From contig JBMTDJ010000006.1 of assembly GCA_049431945.1 (NCBI GenBank), forward strand, positions 1 to 52,330: a DNA stretch of 52,330 nt, given 5' to 3'. This document shows, in pieces, positions 33,511-42,288 of this stretch (position 1 is its first letter; every line of letters begins with the position of its first letter). The notes beneath the pieces were generated by a model. That model searched no databases and was not told the origin of the DNA. It was given only the letters and a program-made list of their open reading frames with translations. Both the position numbers and the translations under genes were made by a program. The DNA comes from Candidatus Nanopelagicales bacterium (GTDB taxonomy: Bacteria; Actinomycetota; Actinomycetes; S36-B12).

Positions 33511-34544
33511 GAGGACTTCATGGCGGCGCGCACTGCCTCGGGGAAACGACTCGAGTGACCGAGGTAGCCCGCCAGCGACGCCGCGTCTCCCGTCGTGGCA
33601 TGAAGGAGCCCAAGCGCGGAGCCCAACGCCCGCGCACGCGCGCGCTTGGGTCCCCAGTCGGGGAGTGACTTGGCTGCACGCGCACGCGACCACACACGAG
33701 CTGTCGCTCCATCGGCACTCGTCGACCATCCTGCAAACTCCGACGGAATCAGCGGGACGCTCTCACGGGCGAGCAGCACGCGCTGCACATCGGAGCCGTC
33801 ACGCCACGCTCCGTAGTCATCCTCGCGCGACGAGGCCTCAGCCGGGGCTGCCTCGAGCAGGATGACGTCATCGGTGCCCTCTCCGCGCGCCATGAGGATC
33901 AGCACCCTGCCCGCGGAGTCGGCGAGCGCGTCGGCGACGCGATACTGCGCGAGGAGACGCGCAGCGGGCTCGGGCAGGCTCTCGCGGTACTGAGCGAGCT
34001 CGGCCCCGAGGTCCTGAGCTGGCCCGGCCTCGGCACCCCACCGGAGGCTGACGCGATCGGAGCGCAACTGGGCGGGGGCGGATTTGCCGGACACGAGCCG
34101 GCGTACCGCAGCCTCGGACGAAGCAACCGCGGCCGGCTCGATGTCCTTGGCAAGTCGGGACGCACGTCTCAGCGCTGCCGCCCGCACCGCGTGAAGCGGC
34201 TCCGCGGCGATGGCCGCGACCGCCGCCTGATACGCCTGGGCCATCACCTCGGCCGCCCCGCCAGTAAGGCCACGGCGCCGAGCGAGGTCGAGCAGGTCGG
34301 CCTCCCAGGGCCCGGGCAGCGCATCGTCGACCGCGAGAGCGTCGATGATGGGGGCTCGGGGACCTTGAACGGCGCCCAGCGCATCGGCGCACATCCACAC
34401 GACGTACCCGCTCGCGTTGTCATCGAGCGCGTCATCAAAGTCGACGTCATGGCGACGTTCGCGTCCGCGGGACCGCCGCTGTGCCGCGTCCAGCGCTCCA
34501 TCCGACTGCGGCGGATCGGCGTAGGTGCGCCAGGGAGTGCTCAC
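33507..34544 (-). CDS. Divergent DUF2252-like (kinase-like fold) protein
   Basis: ALPGPWEADL, LLAQYRVAD, LHATTGDAASLAGYLG follow the DUF2252 layout; GTG start overlaps the upstream TGA. Confidence 0.6.
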   Translation of the reverse strand: MSTPWRTYADPPQSDGALDAAQRRSRGRERRHDVDFDDALDDNASGYVVWMCADALGAVQGPRAPIIDALAVDDALPGPWEADLLDLARRRGLTGGAAEVMAQAYQAAVAAIAAEPLHAVRAAALRRASRLAKDIEPAAVASSEAAVRRLVSGKSAPAQLRSDRVSLRWGAEAGPAQDLGAELAQYRESLPEPAARLLAQYRVADALADSAGRVLILMARGEGTDDVILLEAAPAEASSREDDYGAWRDGSDVQRVLLARESVPLIPSEFAGWSTSADGATARVWSRARAAKSLPDWGPKRARARALGSALGLLHATTGDAASLAGYLGHSSRFPEAVRAAMKSS

Positions 34545-35425
34545 GCCACCGCCTCCGGGATGGGCACCTGAGTCGCCGGCGTGCGCATCGCCTCCCGAAT
34601 CGCCGCGTGCACGGTCGGCGATACGAGGTACGTCGAGTCCAGATGGGCCGTCGCGGCACCGGCCACGGCTGCTGCGAGACGGGAGAACGCATTGGCGGGT
34701 GAGGCCCAGCCCGTCGTCGGCGAGAGGAAGAGGTCGCACGCGGCCGGGAAGCTCTCGGCGAGACCGCGGCCTGCCGGCACAGGGTCCAGCAGGTGCACGA
34801 CATTGAGCCAGGCACCGATGCGGTCATAGGGGAAGGTGAGAGGTTCGACCTCGACAGCGGGCTGCGAGAGGGGGCTGCCCAAGGTGACGAGCAGATCCAT
34901 CTCGATGCGGGGGTCGGCGAGGAGATCCCAGGCGACGAGCGAGCCGAGCGAGTGCGCGACAACGACCCGCGGCCTCGGCGCGCGAAGCAGGGCGAGCGAG
35001 GCACGGTGCAATACGGCGGCGCGGCGAGCCTCGTCATCGAGGTACCGGCCCACCTGATCGAGGCCGAAAACCGGCGTGCGCAGCATCTGCGTGAGGGGGA
35101 GGCGCTCGGCGATGTCAGACGGATGGGGCAGCAGCGCCGGCCAGGTCAGCGTGCTGGACTCCCCCACGGCATCGATCATCCGCGTCAGCCGGCGCTGTCG
35201 CGTCAGGTAGTCCAGGCGTGCGCGATCACTCGGCCCGTTCGAGTCGGCGACTGATCGGCGCGCATGGACCGAGCCCGAGGTGGTCAGTACGTCGTCATAC
35301 GTCGGAGCCGAGAAGTCGACGGTAAGACCCCCGAGAGCTTCGCGGATCGGCCGCCACCACATGTCACGCGCCCCACCGACCCCATGGAGGTAGACCACGC
35401 TGCCGTGCACGGAACGGGTCGCCAC
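34541..35425 (-). CDS. Lipase-like alpha/beta hydrolase
   Basis: VYLHGVG, VVAHSLG (nucleophile elbow), VTLGSP, LDPV, AHLDSTY; TACTCT -10 box 6 nt before the GTG at 35425. Confidence 0.75.
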   Translation of the reverse strand: MATRSVHGSVVYLHGVGGARDMWWRPIREALGGLTVDFSAPTYDDVLTTSGSVHARRSVADSNGPSDRARLDYLTRQRRLTRMIDAVGESSTLTWPALLPHPSDIAERLPLTQMLRTPVFGLDQVGRYLDDEARRAAVLHRASLALLRAPRPRVVVAHSLGSLVAWDLLADPRIEMDLLVTLGSPLSQPAVEVEPLTFPYDRIGAWLNVVHLLDPVPAGRGLAESFPAACDLFLSPTTGWASPANAFSRLAAAVAGAATAHLDSTYLVSPTVHAAIREAMRTPATQVPIPEAVA

Positions 35426-35630
35426 GTGACGAGAGTACGGCCCGTGACGTCGTGCGGGCCGCCCGCCAGGCGGCTGCAGCCTGGGGGCGCTGGTCGGACC
35501 GGTGGCACGGCGGGGCAGCCGGGCGAGGTGCTGCATGGCTTCCGCATGGTGTGCGCAGGCGAGCCAGGGGCTGGCGATGCCGAACATCCGGGGCGGGTGT
35601 GACTGATCGGATGATCTGTGACTCCTGGTG

Positions 35631-35691
35631 GTCAAGTTTTTTGAAAATGTTCCGACACACCCTTGCGCTGCTTGCGCGCAGCGAATAGAAA
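35631..35691 (+). promoter_or_regulatory. Sigma70-type promoter with AT-rich UP-like element
   Basis: gtcaagttttttgaaaatgtt (35631-35651), TTGCGC (35663-35668), 17-nt spacer, TAGAAA (35686-35691, imperfect -10). Confidence 0.55.
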
Positions 35692-35697
35692 TGTCCT

Positions 35698-35950
35698 GTC
35701 GCAAGGGAAACCGAGCGGCCGGAGCAGCGGAGATCGAGTCGCAAGACGAGATCGGAGGCAACTCCCCACCCCGGTGTCGCGGGGGGGCCGAGGCTTCGGG
35801 ATCGACTGAAGCGGTGCAAGCCGCGCTGGAGGCGCCCCGGCAACGGGTGCGACGGAGGAGGGGCGACACCCCGGACTTCCCCTCACGGGACCAGTAGGTG
35901 CGATCCGAGGCGAGACCCCTGGAACTCATACTTCCAGGGGTCTCGTCCTT
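35698..35950 (+). ncRNA. Candidate structured non-coding RNA (~250 nt)
   Basis: Promoter upstream, four GCAA-tetraloop hairpins, 8-bp long-range helix, terminator at the 3' end, no credible ORF. Confidence 0.6.
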
Positions 35951-35954
35951 TATA
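35908..35954 (+). terminator. Intrinsic terminator, probably bidirectional with the converging ole operon
   Basis: cgagacccctggaa-ctcatac-ttccaggggtctcg (14-bp perfect stem) followed by tcctttata. Confidence 0.85.
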
Positions 35955-36978
35955 GGCCTAGCTCGGACGTGGATCCAGGAGCCACGCCGGAGAGGGTCGC
36001 AGCCAGATGTGCGAATCCCTCGTCCAGGCTCACCTGAGGCGACCAGGCCAGGGCGGCACGGGTCCCCCGCTGATCGAACCAATGCGCCGTGGCGAGCTGC
36101 TCCGCGAGGAACGAGGTCACCGGGGGTTCACCCTCGCGTCCCGTGCGCTCCCAGAGGCGCTCGAGCACCAGGCCGCCAAGGCGCGCGGCGGCAAAGGGCA
36201 CGCTGCGCGTGGGGCCCGGGACTCCGGCTGCCTGAGCGATACGAGTGAGCATCTCGCTCACCGTCCGCGGCTCGCCGTTGGAGATGACGAAGGCCCTCCC
36301 TCTCACCTGCGGATTCTCCGCGCGGTCCACGGCAGCGGCGATGGCCGTGCCCGCGTTGTCGATGTACGTCGTATCGATCAGCGATGCCCCGCTGCCGATG
36401 AGGACGAGTCGCCCGCTGCGCGCACGCTCGATGATGCGCGCGGTCAACTGGGTGTCCCCCGGCCCCCACACCAGGTGCGGTCGGATGACCGTCACGGCCA
36501 TCTGAGGGTCAACGCCGGACAGCACCGCCGCCTCCGCCATTGCCTTGCTCCGCGAGTAGTGACCATGGGCGCGCTCGGGGACTGCCGGCTCGCATTGGGC
36601 ACCGACGAGGGCGTATCCGGCATGCGCGACGGACGGCGAGGAGACGAGGACGAATCGGCGCACGCCTGCGCGCTGTGCTGCAGCGAGCACCTGGTGTGTG
36701 CCGACGACGTTGACTCGCTCGAAGTCCTCCCATGGGCCGGTGATGTCCACCTTCGCCGCGGCGTGCACGACGGCAGTGCAGCCGGCGAATGCCTCGTCGA
36801 GCGCCTCGCTGGGTCCCGAGATGTCCGCGCGGAAGCCGCGAGCACCCGCCGCTCGAAGTTCCGCGGGAACGTCACCGCGCTGGACAGCCACGACGTCGTT
36901 ACCGCGATCAAGCAGGGCGCGCGCCGCAGCGCCACCGACCACACCCGACGCCCCCGTCACCGCGATGCGCTCACCCAT
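35950..36978 (-). CDS. oleD: OleD, 2-alkyl-3-oxoalkanoate reductase (extended SDR)
   Basis: TGASGVVG, HAAAKV, VSSPSV, YSRSK, RPHLVWGPGDTQL, EQLATAHWFD; ATG at 36978. Confidence 0.85.
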   Translation of the reverse strand: MGERIAVTGASGVVGGAAARALLDRGNDVVAVQRGDVPAELRAAGARGFRADISGPSEALDEAFAGCTAVVHAAAKVDITGPWEDFERVNVVGTHQVLAAAQRAGVRRFVLVSSPSVAHAGYALVGAQCEPAVPERAHGHYSRSKAMAEAAVLSGVDPQMAVTVIRPHLVWGPGDTQLTARIIERARSGRLVLIGSGASLIDTTYIDNAGTAIAAAVDRAENPQVRGRAFVISNGEPRTVSEMLTRIAQAAGVPGPTRSVPFAAARLGGLVLERLWERTGREGEPPVTSFLAEQLATAHWFDQRGTRAALAWSPQVSLDEGFAHLAATLSGVAPGSTSELGL

Positions 36979-39538
36979 CGGTGCGCTCCCCGGCGAGGAG
37001 ATCGGCTGCCTCCCGGCCGATCCTCGTACGGTCGACCTTCGATCGATGCCGTACGTCGACGGGAAGTTCGCGCATCGTGAGGACGGCGGCAACGTCCACG
37101 CCCGTCTCGTCGCGCACGGCTGCGCGAACGCGCTGAGTGAGATCTGTGTCCGCAAGTCCGAGGGGCGGCCCGGGGGCGAGCAGCACGATGACGGGCACCT
37201 GCACGCCGGCCGGTCCTATACCCACGAGTGCCGCCAGCGGCGTTCGGGCCGCGCGCTGCGCCGCCAGCTCGGCGGCCACAGGCGTGACGGGCCCATCGGG
37301 ACAGGTCAGCACGTGCGCCAGGCGCCCCTCCACCCACAGTCGCCCCGCATCATCCAGATGCCCGACGTCACCTGTGCGGTGCCACCCCTCGGGTGAATCG
37401 GCCCGATGCTGGGTCGCCCAGCGACGGTCATAGCGATCGCGCATCCAGTCGCAGCGCACGATCACCTCACCCGTCGTTCCTGGCGCGCACCCTGGATCGA
37501 CGCTCGGCACTCCGGACGCATCCAGGGCGGCGATGTCGATGTCGACTCCCGGCAGCGGTCTTCCCACCAGGACACCGTGGCCGTGAGCCTCGCGGAGCTC
37601 AGCCAGGGTGACCTCCGTCAGTGGCAGTGCCTCGGTCATTCCGTACGGCGTGGCGAGAACGGCCCGCGGCAGGAGTCGACCCGCGCGCTCGAGCAGATCG
37701 AGCGGCACGGGCGCGCCGGCGACGAGCAGCGATCGCAGACCGTCGAGCGCGCGACGCTCATGCATGTCCAGATGCTCACCAGATTCGACAATGGCGCGCA
37801 ACGCGGTGGGCGACGCCCACGCGAAGGTGCCGTCGACCGCGGCGGCGGCGTCCGCGAAGGCACGAGCGCTCAGCGTGCTCGCATCCGTGAGGTCCATGTC
37901 GGGGATGGCCGAGGCGATCCCGAGCGCTGGGCCGAGGACCGACCACGGCGCGAAGGCGGCCACGAGGGCGTCCTCCGGTCCGATGCCGTATGCCCGGTGA
38001 AGCGCATCGCGCAGGTGGCCGAGTCGGGCGTGGGTGTAGACCACGCCCTTCGCCGGGCCGGTCGCGCCCGAGGTGAAGGCGACAAGCGCATCGGCGTCGC
38101 CGGGTGGCGGAGAGGGAAGGTCGGCGGTCGCGAGATGGTCGCGCCCTCGGCGCGCGACCTCGGCCAGGGAGGCGTCGGCGCCGAGCACGCGCGTGGCCGG
38201 TCCCGTGCGTCCGACGAGGATGCGCACACCTGGGAGCCCGAGCGTGCGTGCGAGACCGAGTCCCGCGGGAATACCGATCACATGCGTCGCTTCGGCTGAG
38301 CGCAGGGCCCTGCGCATGCCGCGCACACCGAGCCCGGAGTCAGCCACCACGACAATCGCCCCGATGCGCCACGCGGCGTAGACCGAGGCGATGAGGTCCG
38401 CACCGGGGGGCACGAGCAGGGCGATGCGGTCCCCCGGGCGCACGCCCATGGAGATGAGGCCCGCGGCTATCTCGCGTGTGCGCGTCGCGAGCATGGTCCA
38501 ACTCACACGCCGATCGGATCGCAGGTCCGCGAGCGCGATGCCCGGGTCCTCCGAGCGCTCCATGAGCGCCTGCCCGATCGGCCCGTCCATCACAGCCGCG
38601 GGGGACGCGGCCGGTCGCGCCTGGAGAACACGCGACTTCGTCCAGGCAATCACGTCATCGCACCACTGCTCCGCGTCCTCGATGACCAGGTGTCGTGCCT
38701 TCTCGTAGCGATGGACGTCCGCATGCGGCATTCGCGAGCCGAGGTCGCGCAAGTAGCGATCGGAGAACACCGGATCGTCCGATCCCCACGCGAGCAGCAC
38801 GGGGACATCCAGGGAGCGAATGCCGTCAGCGATCGCGTCGAGGGTCGCGGCGCTCGGGTGGTCTGCTGCGAGGGGGATGTCGGCGACGAAGTCTCCGATC
38901 GACCGGCGACGCGCGCGATCGGTGTACGGCGCACGGTAGGCCCGAGCCACCTCGGGCGGCATCGCACGGGACATCGCGGTCGTCCCGCGCACGAACGTCG
39001 ACGTGCGCCGGGTCACCGCGTCGAGCATGGGACGCGACCGGGCGATGCGGATGAGTGTTGGCGCCGGAGCGCCAGCGGGCTGATGCACCGCGGTGTTGCC
39101 GAGAACGACCCCGGCGAGGTCGGCGCGATGCTCCAGAGCCCACCCGAGCGAGATCGGACCGCCCCAGTCGTGCGCAACAGTGACGACAGGGCCGCTGACG
39201 TGCATCGCATCGGTGAGCGAGCCGAGGTCCGCCACGCGATCGGCCAGGCGACGCATCGGCGCATCCTCCGCGAGGCGATCGGAGTAGCCCATGCCGATGT
39301 GGTCCACGGCAATGACTCGCCAGTCCTCGGGTGCGAGCGCGAGCAATCGGCGCCAGAGGTAGGACCACGTGGGATTGCCGTGCACAGCGAGCATGGTCAG
39401 GGTGGGGGTGCCCGATGCTGGACGCTCGAGGACATGCATGGTGACGCCGCCGATGTCGACTAAGCGAGACCAGGCCGGATCGACGCCGGGCAAGCCCGAT
39501 AGGGCCGGCCCGGGCACATCCGGAATGCGCGCACTCAT
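36971..39538 (-). CDS. oleBC: OleBC fusion (beta-lactone decarboxylase plus beta-lactone synthetase)
   Basis: N-terminal HGNPTWSYLWR and HDWGG (haloalkane dehalogenase-like); C-terminal FTSGATGPAKGV, YGMTE, WHRTGDVG, PVDVRHRSKVDR; ATG at 39538. Confidence 0.87.
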   Translation of the reverse strand: MSARIPDVPGPALSGLPGVDPAWSRLVDIGGVTMHVLERPASGTPTLTMLAVHGNPTWSYLWRRLLALAPEDWRVIAVDHIGMGYSDRLAEDAPMRRLADRVADLGSLTDAMHVSGPVVTVAHDWGGPISLGWALEHRADLAGVVLGNTAVHQPAGAPAPTLIRIARSRPMLDAVTRRTSTFVRGTTAMSRAMPPEVARAYRAPYTDRARRRSIGDFVADIPLAADHPSAATLDAIADGIRSLDVPVLLAWGSDDPVFSDRYLRDLGSRMPHADVHRYEKARHLVIEDAEQWCDDVIAWTKSRVLQARPAASPAAVMDGPIGQALMERSEDPGIALADLRSDRRVSWTMLATRTREIAAGLISMGVRPGDRIALLVPPGADLIASVYAAWRIGAIVVVADSGLGVRGMRRALRSAEATHVIGIPAGLGLARTLGLPGVRILVGRTGPATRVLGADASLAEVARRGRDHLATADLPSPPPGDADALVAFTSGATGPAKGVVYTHARLGHLRDALHRAYGIGPEDALVAAFAPWSVLGPALGIASAIPDMDLTDASTLSARAFADAAAAVDGTFAWASPTALRAIVESGEHLDMHERRALDGLRSLLVAGAPVPLDLLERAGRLLPRAVLATPYGMTEALPLTEVTLAELREAHGHGVLVGRPLPGVDIDIAALDASGVPSVDPGCAPGTTGEVIVRCDWMRDRYDRRWATQHRADSPEGWHRTGDVGHLDDAGRLWVEGRLAHVLTCPDGPVTPVAAELAAQRAARTPLAALVGIGPAGVQVPVIVLLAPGPPLGLADTDLTQRVRAAVRDETGVDVAAVLTMRELPVDVRHRSKVDRTRIGREAADLLAGERTDG

Positions 39539-39549
39539 CGCGGCGCGGG

Positions 39550-40587
39550 CTACCAGGAGATCTCGATAACGCTGGCGTTGAGGCCCGAGCCGATGCCCAG
39601 GCACCCGACGCGGTCACCCTCGCGGAGATCGTCGGCGGCCAGCGCGAGCGTGAAGGGAATCGACGCCGGTCCGATGTTGCCGTAGCGGGGGAAGGTCATG
39701 GGCACGCGTGCCGGGTCGATGCCGACAGCCGCCGTCACGGCCTGCGTGTGGACGTTCGATACCTGATGGATGATGTAGCGGTCGAGATCAGACCAGTCGA
39801 AGAGCTCAGCCGCCTCCTGCCACAGGGCCACGGACAACTCAAGCCCCGCCTCGAGCAGTGCCCGGGAGTCGGTGCGCATCTGATTCATGTCGCCGACGCA
39901 GATGTTGTGGTGCTGGGTCGCCGCGCGGGATACGCCTCCGACGAAGCGATGGCCCTCAGGATGCTCCGTGGCCCGCCCGAGGACCATCGCCGCCCCCCCG
40001 GAGCCCAGCGTCAGGGAGGCGAAGTTCTCGAAGATGTCTGCGACGGTGGTCTCAGGTCCCTGCAGTCGCTCGATGGTGCGTTCGTGCAGTCCGCGAGAGC
40101 CCTCGCCATCGACGATCACGGCATAGTCAATCTGCCCGGCATCGATGAGCGTGCCTGCGAGGTGCATGCCGTTGACGAAGCCGAGGCAGGCATTGGACAG
40201 GTCGAAGTTGAGGGCGTGCGGCGCCAACCCAAGTTGATGGTGCACGTCGACGGCTGCGGATGGCTCGAGATGCGCCTTGGAGACTGACGTATCGATGAGG
40301 AGACCGATGCGCTCCGGAGCAACGCCCGCATCGGCGATCGCCTTGGCACCGGCCATGGCGGCGGCATCGGCGAACGTGACGTCCTCGGGCCACCAGCGCC
40401 GTTCGATGATGCCGGCCAGCCCCTCGAGGAGCCCGGGGCGGACATCGAGGCGCGCGTAGGTGTCAGCCAGGGCCGCATCGATCTCCGCTGAGGTGACCAC
40501 GATGGGTGCCTCGGCGACGCTGACGGACAGTACCGCCGTGTCCGTGAACCGGAAGGTGGCGTTTCCGCCACCCGTGCGCTCGCTCAT
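39550..40587 (-). CDS. oleA: OleA, acyl-CoA:acyl-CoA condensing thiolase (FabH/KAS III-like)
   Basis: HLEPS (Glu), SNACLGF (Cys), IHQVS (His), YGNIGPAS (Asn), GIGSGLN; ATG at 40587. Confidence 0.88.
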   Translation of the reverse strand: MSERTGGGNATFRFTDTAVLSVSVAEAPIVVTSAEIDAALADTYARLDVRPGLLEGLAGIIERRWWPEDVTFADAAAMAGAKAIADAGVAPERIGLLIDTSVSKAHLEPSAAVDVHHQLGLAPHALNFDLSNACLGFVNGMHLAGTLIDAGQIDYAVIVDGEGSRGLHERTIERLQGPETTVADIFENFASLTLGSGGAAMVLGRATEHPEGHRFVGGVSRAATQHHNICVGDMNQMRTDSRALLEAGLELSVALWQEAAELFDWSDLDRYIIHQVSNVHTQAVTAAVGIDPARVPMTFPRYGNIGPASIPFTLALAADDLREGDRVGCLGIGSGLNASVIEISW

Positions 40588-40665
40588 CAGATCCTTCCCA
40601 CAGGAGGACAAGTCTCACATGTGCCTCCTTGGGGCGCCCGCTGCCCCTCGGCGGGGCCGGGGGGC

Positions 40666-41595
40666 TCACTCGGGGTCGCCGGACTCCCTGTCGTGCATGT
40701 CCGCGAGGAACTGCTCGACCTGGGCCGCAATCTCGTCACCCGACGGCACCTGGCCGCCCGGGGCGAGCTCGGAACCCGCGATCGTGGGCTGCCCGGCAGC
40801 ACCCCTCAGGGCGGCCAACTGGTCGTACTGCTGCTCCAGGGCATGGACGATGGTGACGAACTCCTCGCTGTTCTGCAGTTGCTGGGCGATCTCCCCCTCC
40901 GCACGGGATGCGGGAGCGCGCAGGTCATCGACGGGAAGCACGAGCCCGGTGGTGGAGCCTAGAGCCTCCAGCGCGGTGATGGCCGCGGACGGGTATTCGA
41001 ACTGGCCGAGGTAGTGGGGCACGTGCGTGGCGATGCCGATCGCCTGCTCGCCTGCCTCGCCGAGTCGCAACTCCAGCAGTCCACCGATGTGGCCGGGCAC
41101 CTGCAGGTTGCCCGCCACGGTATGCGGACTGGAGACCAGGGAGGGCACGTTGCCGTGCACGGTTACGCCGAGAGGGCGAGTGTGCGGTGCCGGCCACGGG
41201 ATCGCCGACAGGCCCACGGTCAACTTCGTACCGGTGCGCCGCACGATCTCGAGGATCTCGTCAGAGAAGCGCTGCCACTGGTAGTCCGGCTCCGGACCCG
41301 TGAGCAGCAGGAACGGCGTGCCCGCGGCGTCGGTGACCTCATGCAGGGCGATCTGTGGCATGTCGACCGCAGCGAAGTGGTCTGCAACGAAGGTGAGCAC
41401 GGGCCGGCGGGCCCGGTAGTCCAGGACCTGGTCGACATCGAAGGTGGCCAGCAGACGCGGGTCGCGAGCCTGGAGCGCGCGAGCGGCCATGGCGGTCGCG
41501 CCGCCCGCATCGAGGAATCCCGTGAACGCGTGTACGAGGACGTGACGGCCCTCCACCGGGGTGGGGTCGCCGTGCCAGGTGACGAGCGAAGTCAT
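40666..41595 (-). CDS. PAC2 (proteasome assembly chaperone-like) family protein
   Basis: GFLDAG, DYRARRP, GPEPDYQW, HVPHYL, LEQQYD, EIAAQVEQFL. Confidence 0.9.
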   Translation of the reverse strand: MTSLVTWHGDPTPVEGRHVLVHAFTGFLDAGGATAMAARALQARDPRLLATFDVDQVLDYRARRPVLTFVADHFAAVDMPQIALHEVTDAAGTPFLLLTGPEPDYQWQRFSDEILEIVRRTGTKLTVGLSAIPWPAPHTRPLGVTVHGNVPSLVSSPHTVAGNLQVPGHIGGLLELRLGEAGEQAIGIATHVPHYLGQFEYPSAAITALEALGSTTGLVLPVDDLRAPASRAEGEIAQQLQNSEEFVTIVHALEQQYDQLAALRGAAGQPTIAGSELAPGGQVPSGDEIAAQVEQFLADMHDRESGDPE

Positions 41596-41717
41596 GAACC
41601 CTCCTTGCAGACAGTGTCGCTGGGGGCAGCAACGCTCGCGAGCCGGAAAACCTTCCCCCCAGTCAGGCTCGGTGGCACACTTTCCCAGATCCCGGACACT
41701 GGCCCCTTGGAGGACTC

Positions 41718-42218
41718 ATGCGCCGCATGCTCACCGCCGTCACCAGCACCGCCCTCATGGCCGCGGCGATCGGCTTCGCGGCCCCCGCGTCCGCCATGGT
41801 CGCCGCCGACGTCCAGGCGATCCGCCTCAGCGCCCCCTACGCCCAGGCGCCGACAGATGTCGTCGTGGTGGCCAAGCTCACCCAGACCTCCTACGAGAAC
41901 ATCTCTCTCAACATCGCCCTCCACGGCTTCCGCGCCCACCAGGTGTTCGCCTACGGCGATGGGCAGTGCCCGACGTCCGTTGCCGTCGTTGATGCCCCGG
42001 TCACCGTCTTCGAGTGCGGCTGGCAGGAGGAAGGCGGTATCGCGAAGCTGCGCCTCGCGCTCGAGGGCACGATGCCGTCCGGCAAGGTCAAGGTCCGGAT
42101 CAAGTCCGATGCCGTGACCGCTCCGGCCAGGGCCGGCACCTATCGCGTGACGATGTCGAGCTGGGCTTTCGACAAGGTGATCACCAAGATCGCTATCACC
42201 TCAGGACCGTTCAAGTAA
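41718..42218 (+). CDS. Secreted hypothetical protein
   Basis: Sec signal MRRMLTAV..APASA, beta-rich mature part with two Cys; GGAGG SD. Confidence 0.75.
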   Translation: MRRMLTAVTSTALMAAAIGFAAPASAMVAADVQAIRLSAPYAQAPTDVVVVAKLTQTSYENISLNIALHGFRAHQVFAYGDGQCPTSVAVVDAPVTVFECGWQEEGGIAKLRLALEGTMPSGKVKVRIKSDAVTAPARAGTYRVTMSSWAFDKVITKIAITSGPFK

Positions 42219-42220
42219 AA

Positions 42221-42276
42221 CTCGCGGCACCCTTCACGTGGGCCTCGCGGCCCCCGTTAATTGGGCCTCGCGGCCC
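42221..42276. repeat. ~2.5 copies of a 23-bp-period repeat with gggcc-tcgc-ggccc mini-hairpins
   Basis: ctcgcggc at 42221, 42244 and 42267. Confidence 0.65.
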
Positions 42277-42288
42277 TGGCACCGCCGG

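Noticed and set aside
35426-36082. 219-aa N-terminal extension of the hydrolase ORF (34541-36082) and short ORFs 35628-35897 and 35632-35886
   Set aside because: The extension overlaps oleD and the terminator and lacks coding-like composition; a leaderless -10 box places the real start at 35425.
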